NCBI GenBank assembly: GCA_964200185.2
Contig: CAXNAD020000016.1
Location: 1 to 47,472 of the forward strand
Length of the DNA stretch: 47,472 nucleotides
From: Choristocarpus tenellus KU-1152
Taxonomy: Eukaryota; Protista; Phaeophyceae
Direction: 5' to 3'
A program made the translations under genes and the position numbers. Shown here piece by piece: positions 1 to 12,800 of this stretch. The first letter of the stretch is position 1; the number at the start of each line of letters is the position of its first letter. The notes under the pieces are model-generated. The model worked only from the letters and a program-made list of their open reading frames with translations, was not told the origin of the DNA and did no database searches.

Positions 1-46
1 GCCCATCCTCAATGAAAAGCTCCATCCTCAATTTTTGAAATCGGCT
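1..46 (+). repeat. 46-bp dispersed repeat, inverted copy at 43954-43999
   Basis: gcccatcctcaatgaaaagctccatcctcaatttttgaaatcggct matches the reverse complement of 43954-43999 with one mismatch. Confidence 0.85.
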
Positions 47-826
47 GTTAGTTGAATATGTTGTTGATAAATTATGTTCTCTGGACGCTCTACCCACTGC
101 ACTCGTTTTTTGGAACTACTGACGCATGCCCCTGTTCATATTTACTTGAAAGTATGTGGTGCGTGATTGGGTGTCTACGAGTTCCGTACCACTACGATGT
201 GATTTCACTGCATCCTCAAGATCAGGAAAGGAACATCCACAGTGCTATTATCCTTATGCTTTAAGGTGGTCCTCCCATCTACTACAACAAAACTTCTCTT
301 GCAGTCGAAGATAGTCATAATGCCTCTGATTATATGGCCTTGGAAATGAGGGCCTCCTAAAGAAGGGATCGCACTTTGTTGTGCACGTTTGTTTTTCTTC
401 ATGCTGTCCATTCTTTCCACTTCAAGCACCTTGGCAAGAAGTGACAGGAATACATTTAATGTCAACAAGAGAGGACAAGACACCTTTGAACATATATATG
501 GGGACATAGAAGGTAAGATAAACCCCGCATAGGGTTCACAATGTGGTTTTGGAAAAAAATCCAGATCGAAGATTTTAGTACGTGCCATAACTAAAGGGCG
601 ATTCATACTTATTCAACGACCAAGTATATTTGGTGGGGTGCAGGATCTGGAGCGATCACATATTCGAGGCGAACGAATCACTGTCTTGCACATGATAATC
701 CTCTGACGGAGCCAAATTCGACTGAATGATGTGGCGATCAACGTAACTCCTTCCTTCTATGTGGTCACTAGGCAGCAAAGAATGAGTGTACAGAACAACC
801 GAGCTCAGTCCTTACCGTGTCGCCAT
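47..826 (-). pseudogene. Decayed compact gene with ~50-nt introns, product unknown (probably element-borne)
   Basis: ATG at 826. GT-AG introns at 815-768 (48 nt), 659-608 (52), 483-430 (54) and 145-97 (49) join MATRDHIEGRSYVDRHIIQSNLAPSEDY..SNIMNRPLVMARTKIFDLDFF..ICSK|VLEVERMDS.. One frameshift near 225 is needed to reach the last intron; the frame ends at the repeat at 1-46. Confidence 0.45.
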
Positions 827-2142
827 TTGGGCTGATGGATTCTGTTTTAACGGTAATGTAATATGTATAATAGTGTAACACATTCTACCAGTAGTATTGC
901 TATACTACTGTAGTATGGAAGGAGTGTGGAGAATTATAAAGTGTCTATTGCCTCGTTGCGTTTCGAATGATACTATTCGATCACCTGAAAACTTTATTTC
1001 TGAAAACTGAAACGGAAAGGTGCTGTCGTTTCATTTATTGACAAAAAAAATCAGAAAATGTTCAGGGCACAAAAGAGGGTTGCATTCTACTATTTAATAA
1101 TGATAAGAAAAAAGGTTTTGGTTCGAGTTAAGAGGGAACATTTTCGACGAGATGTGGTAGACATAAGATCAGAGAGAAACTGACTCTAAGGTCACGTCCT
1201 CCGCTCTACAAGGCAATCTGGCCAGAGACTAAAAGACGTCTAGTACATTTTAATTTCGGGTGGCTTCTCTTCTGTAGGGACTTGCATCCAACCGTGAAGT
1301 GGAATCATAGGGGATTGAGCTGGCTCTTTGCACTAGTTACTGCATCTACTGTGTGGTAGAGTTCATGCTTTAGTGGAGGTGGTACCGTTCGTGCAATAAT
1401 CAAGGGATCCTACAGCACTGGTGACAAAGGAATTTATAGCAACGACATCAAAACCGACATCTTGGTCGTGTCTCTCTCGCAGTTTCAATCGTTTACAATG
1501 CATCAAGGCATCGCCGCATGGATTGTAATGACCACTCCTGTAGACCTAGCGATAGCCTGTTTCCCGATCTTCAACCTTCACCGTGAAAAGCACAGTCCTT
1601 CATCATCTGCCCTCTACCACCTCGACGTGATTTGAAATCGAAATTCATTACTCCCTGTAGGTCCAGAGTGGGACAAAATTTGTGGCTGCCGGTCTCAGAC
1701 ATGTCAAGCACCTTAAATTAAAACCCACGGGCAAATTCTGTAACAGTTCTTCATCGTGTCAAGTGCTCCGTTGTATCTCTTTGTGCTTGCCCCTTGGACA
1801 ATACCTACCCATTCGATTGATAAACCCAATAAATTGCCAGTCACGTCAACACAGGAGTTCAAGCTCACTCCTTTGAGCAGGATGTAAAGAGCTTCGTTTT
1901 CGATCCTACCAGAAACTCTTACTGACGAATTCAAAGCTCAACCCCTCATACCGTTTCTGTCCTAGCTACATGTATGTCCAACACCCCTGATAGGAGCTGA
2001 CATGTTGTGGTATGAAGACTGCCAGAGAAAGGCGATAATATCCAGGCACTGTGTGCTTCTAGTGCTGTATAGCATGTGTAGTGCGCCTGAACTTTATGGC
2101 GACCTGTTGTGGGCTAAGAGAGGAGGTGGAGATGAGTAAGTT

Positions 2143-2412
2143 GAGTCAAAGTATCTTAGAGGGTATAGCCGTGTCCGTTTGTGGTCCAAAATCCAATGTT
2201 GCAATTTCGATGTAATTCTGGTTATCGTGTCTGTTAGAAGTGTCAATATCTTTGTTCTGGGCACACCTTTCATAACATACACATTTCACCTACTCCGAAA
2301 TGTTTCGGAGTAGGATTTTGGAGTAGGAAAATGTCGTAAAAAAAATCGTGGAAAGCCAAGCCCCAAAGGGACAAACAGGGCAAAACTCGTACCCTCTAAG
2401 ATACTTTCACTC
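2143..2412 (+). mobile_element. Complete non-autonomous TIR element (MITE), Sola2-like
   Basis: TIRs GAGTCAAAGTATCTTAGAGGGTA / TACCCTCTAAGATACTTTCACTC; 4-bp direct repeat AGTT on both sides (2139-2142, 2413-2416); internal palindrome at 2289-2314; further copies at 6933 and 47241. Confidence 0.85.
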
Positions 2413-5139
2413 AGTTGGTATCCCCTTCACGCGCCCAGCAAGGATAAGAGGCGCTCCAAATGGGCAAGGAAGGCATCCAAGTCTGTTTGACCTACCAAGA
2501 GATATTTCAGGAGAGGGTGCCCAGAAGAAGTGTAAGGTATAGAATTCTACTAAGAAGATGGTAGAAGAATAGCAGGAAAGGTTCATGGGGTATATGGTGG
2601 GTGAGGTTTACACTGGGACTAGAGACATATTATAGTGATTGTGAGACGAAGTAAATGGACTCCTGATGGGTGACTGGGTTTTTTATGTTTTCTGTGGTGC
2701 ACACCAACCTTTCGATGACAAGAGAACCTTGGAACATGACAGCTCCGTCCTGTCTAGGTAAAGTCTTGAGATAGGAAGGAAAATACGCATATGCTCAGGG
2801 GAAATACGCATGTGCTGAGCACATGTGACCCCTCCTACCTGATCTGTGTTTTGTACAAACGGCTGTTAAATGCAGGGGAGGGGCATCAAATCTGAAGTCC
2901 TTCAAGACAGATTAAGATGACCTTGATAGGTAGGGTTGGACATGATGGCGATGGTGGATTTCAGTTGTTTCCACTCATAAGGGGGCTACTGAATGCGATA
3001 TTCTTGGAGTTGCACAGTGGGGTGAATTAACGTTTCTCCCTCTCTTCCTGCACCCATTTGAGGGATGAGCAGTCTTCATTGGATAGTGTTACTGCTTTGG
3101 GAGCAGACAATGTTGCCTGTAGTGTGGATGGGGTAGTGGACTTGGTTGAAGGGGAAGTGTTGGTGATGGAAAAGCGAGCAGTAGTCGTAACATGTGGCAG
3201 AAGGCTGCTAGCACAACAATTGAGGTGGGCATTAATTGGATACGACTCATCCCTAAAATGGTTCAGAAATCGAAGGAGAATTATTTATGCTGGGAGGAGA
3301 TCCTTGAGGGCATGGGAATCTATAAATAGGTCTTACCAATAAATCAAGGGTCCCTGAGCCACATCTGCTGGAGTGAGTAAACTATCAATATCTAACCTAG
3401 ATGACAGGAGGAAGCAGTTCAAACTCCTATGGGATATGGAGTTGGTCTGGGTGGTCCTCAATCTGTTGCTGAAAGGCTTGTGAATTGCAATACCCCGTCC
3501 AGCTGAATGAACGGAAAATGTACTGCATACTATTTTGCACAAAAGGTGGTTGGATGGGGGGCAGTAACGATCAGCAGAGAGGAGAAATTTGTCACCCATT
3601 GGTGTCCATGACTGTAGTAATTATTTGTATTTTTTCCCACCCACCATGTACAGATACACTGTTCAGCTTCACCTTGGCAGGGGTCATGATGTGGTTGGTT
3701 CCTCAACTTTCAGGGTTGGGAAGTCCACCAATTTGAAGGAATCAGAAAGTCAATGATTTGTGCACTACCAGCAGAACCATGAAGCAAAGGTGCCCAGAAG
3801 TATTAGTACATGAATGGTAGTGTAGGTGAGAAGCAAGCAATGCTTGCAAGGGTTGCAATTGATAGTCCAGGGGAAGCCTTTGAGTATTGGTGCCTCTCCA
3901 TGGATTTACAGTGTAATCCAGAAGCATGGACATGTACCTCTATATTTCTAAATCCACGCCCATATAGTTGACTATCCATGTTCATAGTTAACAATCTGTA
4001 TCTCTGCTCTAAGGTAAATTCTCTGTAACTGAGGTACAATGCATTTGATCCATATGAAGGAGTATCATAGTGGATAGAAAGAAAAATCGATCACAACGGC
4101 ATGCACTTATCACTGTGATCTACACAAGGTTCATATGGGAGAGAGACACTAATTATTAAGAACCTTCTTGGGGTGTGAAAAGGCACAATCTTGTCCTTGT
4201 AATGACAACCAACCCGAACTTCCCCTCAAAAGCATACGTTACACCTGTACAAGTCTGAGAAACAGAAAATGCACTTCCCACACACCCATCACACGTCTCA
4301 CAAACCTTACCGACAAAGACACTCCCATGATAGATCTGACACACAACCAGTGAAATATTTTTTATTCCTATTTGTCCGCTGCCTGCCCTTTCCCCTCGCT
4401 CAAATCACACGTTTGAAGGTGTGCCTGTAGGTTTGGAGGAAAATCCCTGCAACAATGATGCGTTGAACTTTGTAGAAGTCCTAACACCAGTTGACAGCAC
4501 AAGGTGAGACAGCTGTCTATTCTAGGAGTTCAGGGTCAGTCTAGCCAACCCGTAATGAAGACACACAATAATTTTATATACAATAGCAGCAGTACATCAT
4601 TACTGTTCCCAAGGTGTTGATTTGTGAGGCAAGAGACATCCCTAGGTGGGGCAAAGATGTGCTTAGATCAGGGATCGATTAGGGATAATCTATTGAATTA
4701 ACAACTGAGGTCTTCAGTCGAGAGAGAAGTGCAGTGCACCTTCTACCAGAGAAAAATATAAGAAATTAGACCATAGTTGTATTTCCACTTTCGCTGGCAC
4801 ACCATGTACATGTAAACTATCTTCCCTGCATAGAACCCCAAGGCCTGCCGTGGTAACGTTGCAGTGGTGTCACAGAGTCATCCTACTCAATTCTATTACC
4901 CAGTCATATGGATGGAGTAAGGCCTCCTCCCCATTCATAGTGATCATGTAAATGTCAGAATATACCAAACTTTATTTTAAGGTGCAATAAGCAAGTATTG
5001 GGCAATTGATCACATGCATCACAATTTGGACCTGTGATGCTGGTAATTGCTGGTAACATCCCCATGGGCAACCAAAATCACTAACAAATCTGCTCTCAGG
5101 TACACCCTCTTCTTCCTGTATGTATCCTGTCAAAAGTTC

Positions 5140-5840
5140 TCCAGGACAGGACTTTCCTCATGGAAAGAAGGAGAGGAAGGCATCATTATAACATAAAGCC
5201 TTTCTTGTCCCTTACCCTGCCTTCTAAACCGTATACCATGACTGCTCAACCATGTTTTCATCTTGATGGGAGTGTTCAAGGGCTTGTGCCCCGTGCTGAA
5301 AGCGGTGGATTGAGGTTTTACTGGGGAGGCTATGGCCCTCCAGTGGACATCAAGCTGTATTCTGACTGCCTGCCAGTGATTTCCATGGGTTGTCATGCTA
5401 CCTGCCTCCTGATGTCTGGTGAATGTCTTGATCTCCTACTTTCTTGCTCAAGGTGTGCAGATAAATCAGGCGACCCCAGGGGTTCAAATGGACCAGTTAA
5501 TTTGTGCGAATAGTTGTTGGAGGGGGGCAAATTTGGGTTATTTGAGCTTTGGTCTTAGCTGGAGCATATATACACTAAATTGGAATGGTTCATTAGCAAT
5601 GTGCTTCATGTGGAAACCAGGCCTCCTCAGCTTAAAAGCTGTCCAGTTTCTCCTCCAGGGCGATGTAAGCCCTAAGTCCAGACTATGTGCAACAGCTCCT
5701 GGCCGACCCTGTACAGTAGGAAACAATAGCCAGCCCTGTACCATAAGGCTAGCCAGATCAAGACTACGAAGCAAGGGGTATGACAGCACCACCAGGTTAC
5801 TTGTCTGGGCTAATCCCACCAGGGCGGTCAAAGGAAAGTG
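5140..5840 (+). pseudogene. Decayed ORF of unknown family (copy A), homologous to inverted copy at 6285-6790
   Basis: Shares peptides YTMTAQPxF, RFYWGGxGPPVDxKL, VQINQATPxVQMDQL, and MxxPG..VxFxLQGDVxP with the minus-strand copy. Many differences are synonymous; stops and frameshifts are present. Confidence 0.55.
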
Positions 5841-5909
5841 ACTAAAATGTGGATGAGGACCATGGAACGGACAGGTAGAGGTTCCAATACACATACCTCC
5901 CAAAAAATA

Positions 5910-6230
5910 CTGACCTGCCGCACCCATTGCTCAGTATTGTCCCATTGTCCATAAAATCAGGGACGCTGACATCCGTGGGTTCAACTGGACATTCCCAGAG
6001 TCAGTCTCAACGATCAGAAACGTCCGCACGAGTTCAGGGCTCAGTCCACTCACTGCCACCTGATGTGGTTGGTGTCCATCCTGCGTTGTTTTTGGCATCA
6101 ACAGCCATGTCAATATCGATGAGAATTTGCAAAGCCTCTCCCTTCCTGGTATACCTGGCAACATGGTGCAAGGAAAGGGGTCCCACACCATTGTATAATC
6201 TAGGATCGGCACCATGTACAAATACTCCTC
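5910..6230 (-). pseudogene. Ankyrin-repeat gene fragment
   Basis: Minus frame reads VHGADPRLYNGVGPLSLHHVARYTRKGEALQILIDIDMAVDAKNNAGWTP, then after a frameshift HQVAVSGLSPELVRTFL. This fits the ankyrin consensus GAD.n...G.tpLH.A.....v..Ll.....vdakn..GwTPLH. Confidence 0.6.
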
Positions 6231-6284
6231 CCTTAAGAGATGGAGGGTGGTGTGGAATGAGGCAACATCATCCTGGAGTAGACT

Positions 6285-6790
6285 AGGCCTTACATCACCC
6301 TGAAGAATAAAATCGACTGATTGTGGTTAGTGGTGGCCTGGTTGCCGCATGGAGATATTGCTACCAAACCGATCCTTTCTACAGTGAGTGAAGCTCTGCT
6401 CTGGCAAATACCATTGGTCTAAAAGTCCAAGTTTGTCCCCCTCCAGCTCTGCTATCCGCACAGGTAGTTGGTCCATTTGAACTATTGGGGTCGCCTAATT
6501 AATTTGCACATGTGTGCAGATTGCCGCTTGTATCATCACAATCCATGGTAACTTTGGTTAAGCCAGCCAGAAGACAGTTTGTCGTCCACTGGAGGGCCAC
6601 AGCCTCCCCAGTAAAATCTCCATCTCAGTAATTTCAACACGGTTCACAAATCTGCAACACCCTCATCGAGTAAGAAAATAAGGTTGAGCAGTCATGGTGT
6701 ATGATCTAAAATGCAGCGCGAGGGGCAAGCAGGTTTAAGGTGTAACAATGGCTTCATCTCCTTTCTGTTGGGTCAAGTCCTGTCCTAGAC
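6285..6790 (-). pseudogene. Decayed ORF of unknown family (copy A'), inverted paralogue of 5140-5675
   Basis: Minus frames read YTMTAQPYF, RFYWGGCGPPVDDKL, VQIN*ATPIVQMDQLPVRIAELEGDKLGLLDQWYLPEQSFTH and MRQPGHH*PQSVDFILQGDVRP. Confidence 0.55.
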
Positions 6791-6932
6791 ATCTTGCACC
6801 AGTTACACCTGAAGTGGCTCTTCCTGTATGGTGCCCTTGTCCGCAGAACTCAACCATTGCTAAAAGCAAAGGAAAGTATTGTACTACTCAATTGAATATG
6901 AGGGATCCATTGTTGATTCACATTCTTGCTTT

Positions 6933-6993
6933 GAGCCAAAGTATCTTAGAGGATAGAGCCACATCCATTTGAGAGCCAAAATCCAATGTTGCA
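6933..6993 (+). mobile_element. Truncated left end of the Sola2-like MITE
   Basis: gagccaaagtatcttagaggatagagccacatccatttgagagccaaaatccaatgttgca aligns with 2143-2203. Confidence 0.75.
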
Positions 6994-8160
6994 GCCCATG
7001 ATGTCAGGATCACAAGGAGAGCACAACACGAGATCACCCACCTCCTAAACAGGATCCACTTCGCCTTTTTCCAGACACAATTGGCTGACCTACCTGATGA
7101 AGCACAACAAGGGAAGGAAAGTTCCTCTCTAGCCCTGGCCCGCCACTGGAGCCAGTGTGGACAAGGGGCAAATGCATGGGCCTCCACACAACCCCTGGAA
7201 CCAGCATGCTAGATCCCTCCCATAGAGTTTAGACTTGCTGCTGTCCCTAGGGAGGGAAGAGGCCCTATCCAACAAATAGGTGCCCAGTGCCTGAGTGTAG
7301 GAGGCAAAAAGTGGACACTAGACATGCTCGTACCTGCCCTAGGGCAGGAGGACAGGTCCGCCAACACACACCAATGGTGAAGCATCTAGGTCAACTCTGC
7401 AAAGGAATGGGCATCCCTTGCACTATGGAGGACGGTAACCCATTCACAGTGGACCGGAATTTCCATATGGATCTGGTCTTCCATGCTGGGACACTTGCAC
7501 ACGCTGGATCAGCTCCCTATAGAGAAAAATGCCTCCTCCTCGATATCACATTTACGTAAGTGCAAGCAGCCCCCCATCTGCCACACTCATCCACCAGCAA
7601 TGTTGTATGTAGCTGCTGCTGCAGCCGAGGTGCAAAAGCATACCTGGTAAGAGGGTTCTTATGACCCTCATAGTTATATCCTCCATACCTTCATGGTGGA
7701 AAGTTTTGGGAGCCTTGGTAAGCAAGCAGAAAGTTTTTTGGATGAGCTAGTTATGAACACAGTAGGGGGGAGAGGAACAGCAGGATACAGCAGGAAAGGA
7801 GCTGTCAAATCCCGTTTACGACAGATAGTCTTTTACAACACAACTGGCTCTATCAAGACATGTCATGCATTTAAAACTGGAGACACCATTGAGATGGGCA
7901 AGGAGGGGTCTGTCAGATTCTTGGGATGCTTCCCTAGCTCCTCGCCTGGGGGTGTAGGGCTAAGCTAAGTTGGAGGCATAGGAGAGGAGTGGTGTAACAT
8001 AGCTGGTAGTAAAATAGTAAATAGACATCTTTCACATTTGTGGACAACAGTTACTTTTTCAGGGGTTCTGATATTTTCATTGTTTTTTCCCTTGATATAT
8101 CTGCAAAATGTCAGAGAGGGTCTAAAAATAAAATAGAGTAAATATATAAATAATAAAATG
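6994..8160 (+). mobile_element. 5'-truncated, decayed non-LTR retrotransposon with restriction-like endonuclease (CRE-like clade)
   Basis: Frames give the post-RT segment ARHWSQCGQGANAW..IPPIEFRLA, a CCHC knuckle CPVPEC..DTRHARTC, then RQH, E, HMDLV, LLLDIT (REL core) and FMVESFGSLGKQAESFLDEL. The 3' UTR ends in a degenerate stem-loop and an A/TAA-rich tail at ~8125-8160. Confidence 0.8.
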
Positions 8161-9863
8161 GTGGTTTTACGACTACAATGTTTATGGTGGTGGACAAAGT
8201 ACCGCCAATGTTTTCTTTGTACATTCGTAGTGTGTACCACTAACCAGAATTTGCCCCTGTACATTTGTTGTATTTAGTATTTATGTTCAAAATGTGACCT
8301 GAATTTGACCCCAAAATCTTCACATAGAATCTTATCTGGGCAAATATTTACCCTCACCAACATTTAACATGTAGAAGCAAGCATACGATGTACTGCAGAC
8401 CATTACAACATCCATCGCCGTTGGACTGGACAAGTTCACTCACAGGGCACATGACAGTACACTCATGTTCACAGCAGTGCACTGAATTAATACCAGTTCA
8501 TGATCAACAAGATCATCATCGTGTGTATCAGTTTGCTTCAATCAAGTTCACCACTCAGTACCAGCCTGTGCTCCCAAGTGTTTTGAGAACTCAAACTCAA
8601 GTTAGGTTTCAATTCCTTTGTGAAAAACAGAATACATACAGTGCATATATTCCCTGGCAAGACTTGAGACGTTCCCTTTCCCCCCAAACATAGTTTGGGC
8701 TTGACCTCTCTCTCTAACAGGCGATCCAGAGTAAATATATATTCAATGCAGATAGGGTGGTATGATCCCATGGAGAACATCCAATATTAGGAACACTTCA
8801 ACTATGACCTCACTGGAAAAAAAAATCACCTTATAAACTGTTTCTTATGTTTAACTTTTCTGCGAGGCAGTACACTGATTTCTTTTCCGCAACAGTTGTC
8901 AGAAAACATCTCACAAATTACAGTAAAAAACTGCATTTCTTTGTAAATGAATAATTCCAACTATAGTTCCTCCTGAACCTGATAGATACAACCTACTAGT
9001 ACTAGAAAGTACGGTTGGATTCTGTGGCAGTGAAATCGTGTTTGACTAGACCTGTGCGATGTGCTCACGCAAGCGTGAATGAAGGCAATAGCATTCACTT
9101 CACATCAATGAAGGTCTGGACATCCATTCAACACCATTGCAGGTATTTTTGTTTTAGATGGGGTACTGGCTGCAACAAAATATGTTGAAGTGTACTAAGC
9201 AGTAAGATATGTTGCTACGTTCAAATGGGGCAAACAGCGTTTTAAAGGTCCAGTAGCTACATGTCATTTGCAGACCAGGAAAGGCAATAGAACAAGCGGA
9301 AGATAACATTGGTTGGATCCCCGACACATTGCTCAAGTAAAATTGGTATAGCCAGATTCTATGGAGCTTGTATAGTGAGCACTGCAGTAGTGCTAGGTGT
9401 GTGAATCACTCGAACATAGAGATGGGAAGATGTATACATCTCCTTGGGCATATCTTGTACAATACTATCATCTTACGATATATATTGAAGTATCCTTTGT
9501 TGCACTCAATCAGTTGACTACCCTGTGAGGGAAGACTCTACCTCTACATGAGAACTATGTATCAGCACTCTTGAGATTCAGAGCAAATACACAAACTTGC
9601 GGTTCACACTTTAAAAAAAAAAAGGCACAATTTTCATAATAGGCTAAGTCGTCTAATATACTCACATGCATATTATTTGTATCTTGTCAAGGTGAGAAAA
9701 TCCAGCCCCATGATACTAAGGCCACACAATTGCCGTACTATACCACAAGCAAACTAAGTCAGAATTTGCAAAGAAAAGAACTGGTTGCTCTATGCAAAAG
9801 GATGTCCGTGATACCCACCAAATTATATATAGTTTTTTTCAAGTAAAACATGCATGGCTATCA

Positions 9864-12800
9864 CTACTGAGCACCAAATAGCAATGCAATTCCCTTCCCA
9901 AACAAGACATCAAGCCACACTGAAGCAAACGTGAGGGCACTGAGGACCTGATTGCGGGTCTTGGCAGTAGCGAGTGCCTGCACAAAAAGAAAAAAATATG
10001 AGGTGAGAGGTGTTAGGTGTGAGTACCATGTACCTGCAAAATACATTAACAATGCAGTGCCATTACAGAGGAGAAGTAGTATTCAAGATTTTTGAAACAT
10101 ATCCTGGAATTTTTTTAGTTGGTCGGATCTAATGCAGCGGATTTGGGTTCCTAACTTCAACCCTGAACCCAATATACGCTCCATTTAGACCAAATTTGGA
10201 GAAAATACTTCAATCCCACGAAGTGGACTGAAGTATTTAAACAGCTGTAAAATTTGCTACAGGTCGATTCACCCCATGAAATATATATGGAATGATAGTT
10301 GACGTCCCAATGCATTGATCAAGCTATAGTAGTGCCTTCGACTCACAATACAGCGTGCACTGGGGATTTATGTTTTTGAAGCATTTTTTTTCATACGTTT
10401 GTGTCATTGGAATGCTAATATACACATGGCTCATAGGATATGTTGTAGGTGTCTCAAATCGTTTTGGTTGGGAGTACAGAAGATGTTAAGAACAAGATGT
10501 GTGGGGTATTCTAAGTGTACTTGAAGTGCTCCAAAAGTTGCTGGGTAGTCTTTTGATATCCATAATTAAGTTAGAGGCTCAGATTCATCAGCTTCAACGT
10601 TGTCAATGTTACCATCTTCCACCATGAATTCCACCTTCAAAATCTTATCTACTTCCCCCTCTAAAGCATCCACTGGTCTTGCTAGCTCATCCAGAACATT
10701 TGTGAGGTTGAATGTCTTCCTCCAATATGTTGTCCTCTTTCTTGATGTATCTCCCTCCAGGCATGGGCAACCACCTTGTCATAGTATGTTGGTTTGCATG
10801 TACCATTAATCCAATCCCAGTTAGGGTCACTGTATCACCAGTCTATCTGACCCCTCCTCTGCAATTTCCTCCTGAAGGACCCTCAAGTATTCAACTAGGA
10901 ATCTGCAAACACGTGGTTTCCTCTCCTGTCCAAGGTGGGACATATTGATTCAACACCTTCTCTGCACATAGCCCAAGTGCTTCAGAATGGTACCCAAACC
11001 CCTCAATGAGAGTTCCAAAACTTTGTCTCTACCCAGGTCACCAAATCTCAACGGAAGATCTCACCTATTTCCCAACAAGTGCTAGGAAAAGATGAAGAAT
11101 TCCATCTTGTTGAGGTGTAACACAAGGAGTTTGCACCTCTCATCGGAGTCCACTTAAAAAGTCTCCCTCCAAGCCCAAGAGGCACATAAGATCTCCCCTT
11201 TTTCCTTCCAATTTCTCATGATCTGGTAAACTTTGTCATATCCCACTCCCGCTGCTAGGGAGATAACCCCCACCACCTCAGTTTGACCCATAGGGGTCAT
11301 GATAGCAAACTGGTAGTGGAGGATCAGCAGTACAAGTGCCTGCGTCTCCGAAAGCACCTCTCTGGAGGTCAACTTGAGTCTCTCCACTCACGTTTTGACA
11401 TCTGCTTCCCTAACCTCCTGATCTTTATGTCTGGTGATGTCCTCCACCTATTTCATCCACAATGCAGCTGTCTGGGCCCTTGTCTGGTCATTCCATAACC
11501 TCCCCCTTTGTTTTGCATCATCCCCACATCCGCCAGTGCCTCTTAGGCTGAACCTTTTGACCTCTTGCTTTCAATATTTGCTATCCTGGGACCCCTTCTA
11601 TGAAGCATTGATAAGCCAAGATAACCCTGACCCTAACCCAAGATTGGCTTTGAGTCACAAAAAACAAAAGATGGCATTGTTCATATACTCCCCCTCTCAT
11701 GAAACAACCAAACCACCAAGTCTGACCTTCTGCATTATCCTTGGGTACAATCTAGACAAATCCGAGACCTATCAGGATGGTCAAAAAGCCCCCCCCAATA
11801 TTTACACAGACATCAACAGCTAGTCATTTAGAGATAGGCGTCAAGTGTAACCCCATTACATCATCACAAATAAACACTAACTATATATAGAGAGATTGTT
11901 GCAATTAGATCTGACCTATCAAACGAAATTTCACAAATAATAATAATAATATGAAGTGCCTAAAAAGTGAGATAAAATTCTCAACTAATGCTTCACTCTT
12001 TAACATTTCACTTCAAGTCTATACTATCAACTCCATTTTTTCTATACATCTACACATCTATGGCAAAAGCACACAAGCTGGACATTATTTGTGCATATGA
12101 AGAGTGTTGTTGAAAACAACCCCTTTATGTCATTGATGTAAAAACATTGGACAAATAGAATGCCAAGACAGTGTACAACTCAAGTACAAATTGTTCAGTG
12201 TAGAGTAGTAATGCACACAATGACTGTACATTATGCAGGAAGAAAAATAAAAGTAAGTGTTATTAAACGTGCACAATACTATTGTGTACAAATACATCTT
12301 GATACTATAGTATTGCACAGATACTGTTCATTGGGGAGGTATTTCCTAGACGTTTCCTCCTTCCTACAACTTGAAAATATTATTCTGTAGTAAGCTTAGC
12401 ACTTGGAATGGCAAACAGTGTGGTAAGGGTTGGGGTTAATTTCTGTAGTCAGCTCCATGGTCTAAAGATTGTCTTGAACTGAATAACCCGTACAGTCAGC
12501 AGCTCACCTTCAGGACTGGATCGCCCTCCAGGTCCACATTGTGCAGGCTACACGATTCACTGTGAGTTGGCAGTGTGTAGGCAGAGCTATCAGGTGTTGA
12601 CTAGTAAGTAGTGTAGGTGTATGAACCAAGAAATCACTTCAAAGGTATGCAATTGTGGTTCAATATCAACACTCAAAATAATGGAGTAGCCATGTATACA
12701 ATTAGCAATTCAAGGCACATGACTTTTCAAGATAATCAAGACTATATTGACAAAATAGTGCGCAGCAAACCCCAAGCACCTTGTTGTGCAAGACATCATC

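Noticed and set aside
2830-4700. Decayed coding-like sequence on the minus strand
   Set aside because: Scattered splice-like sites and short frames, but no consistent model or recognisable domain.
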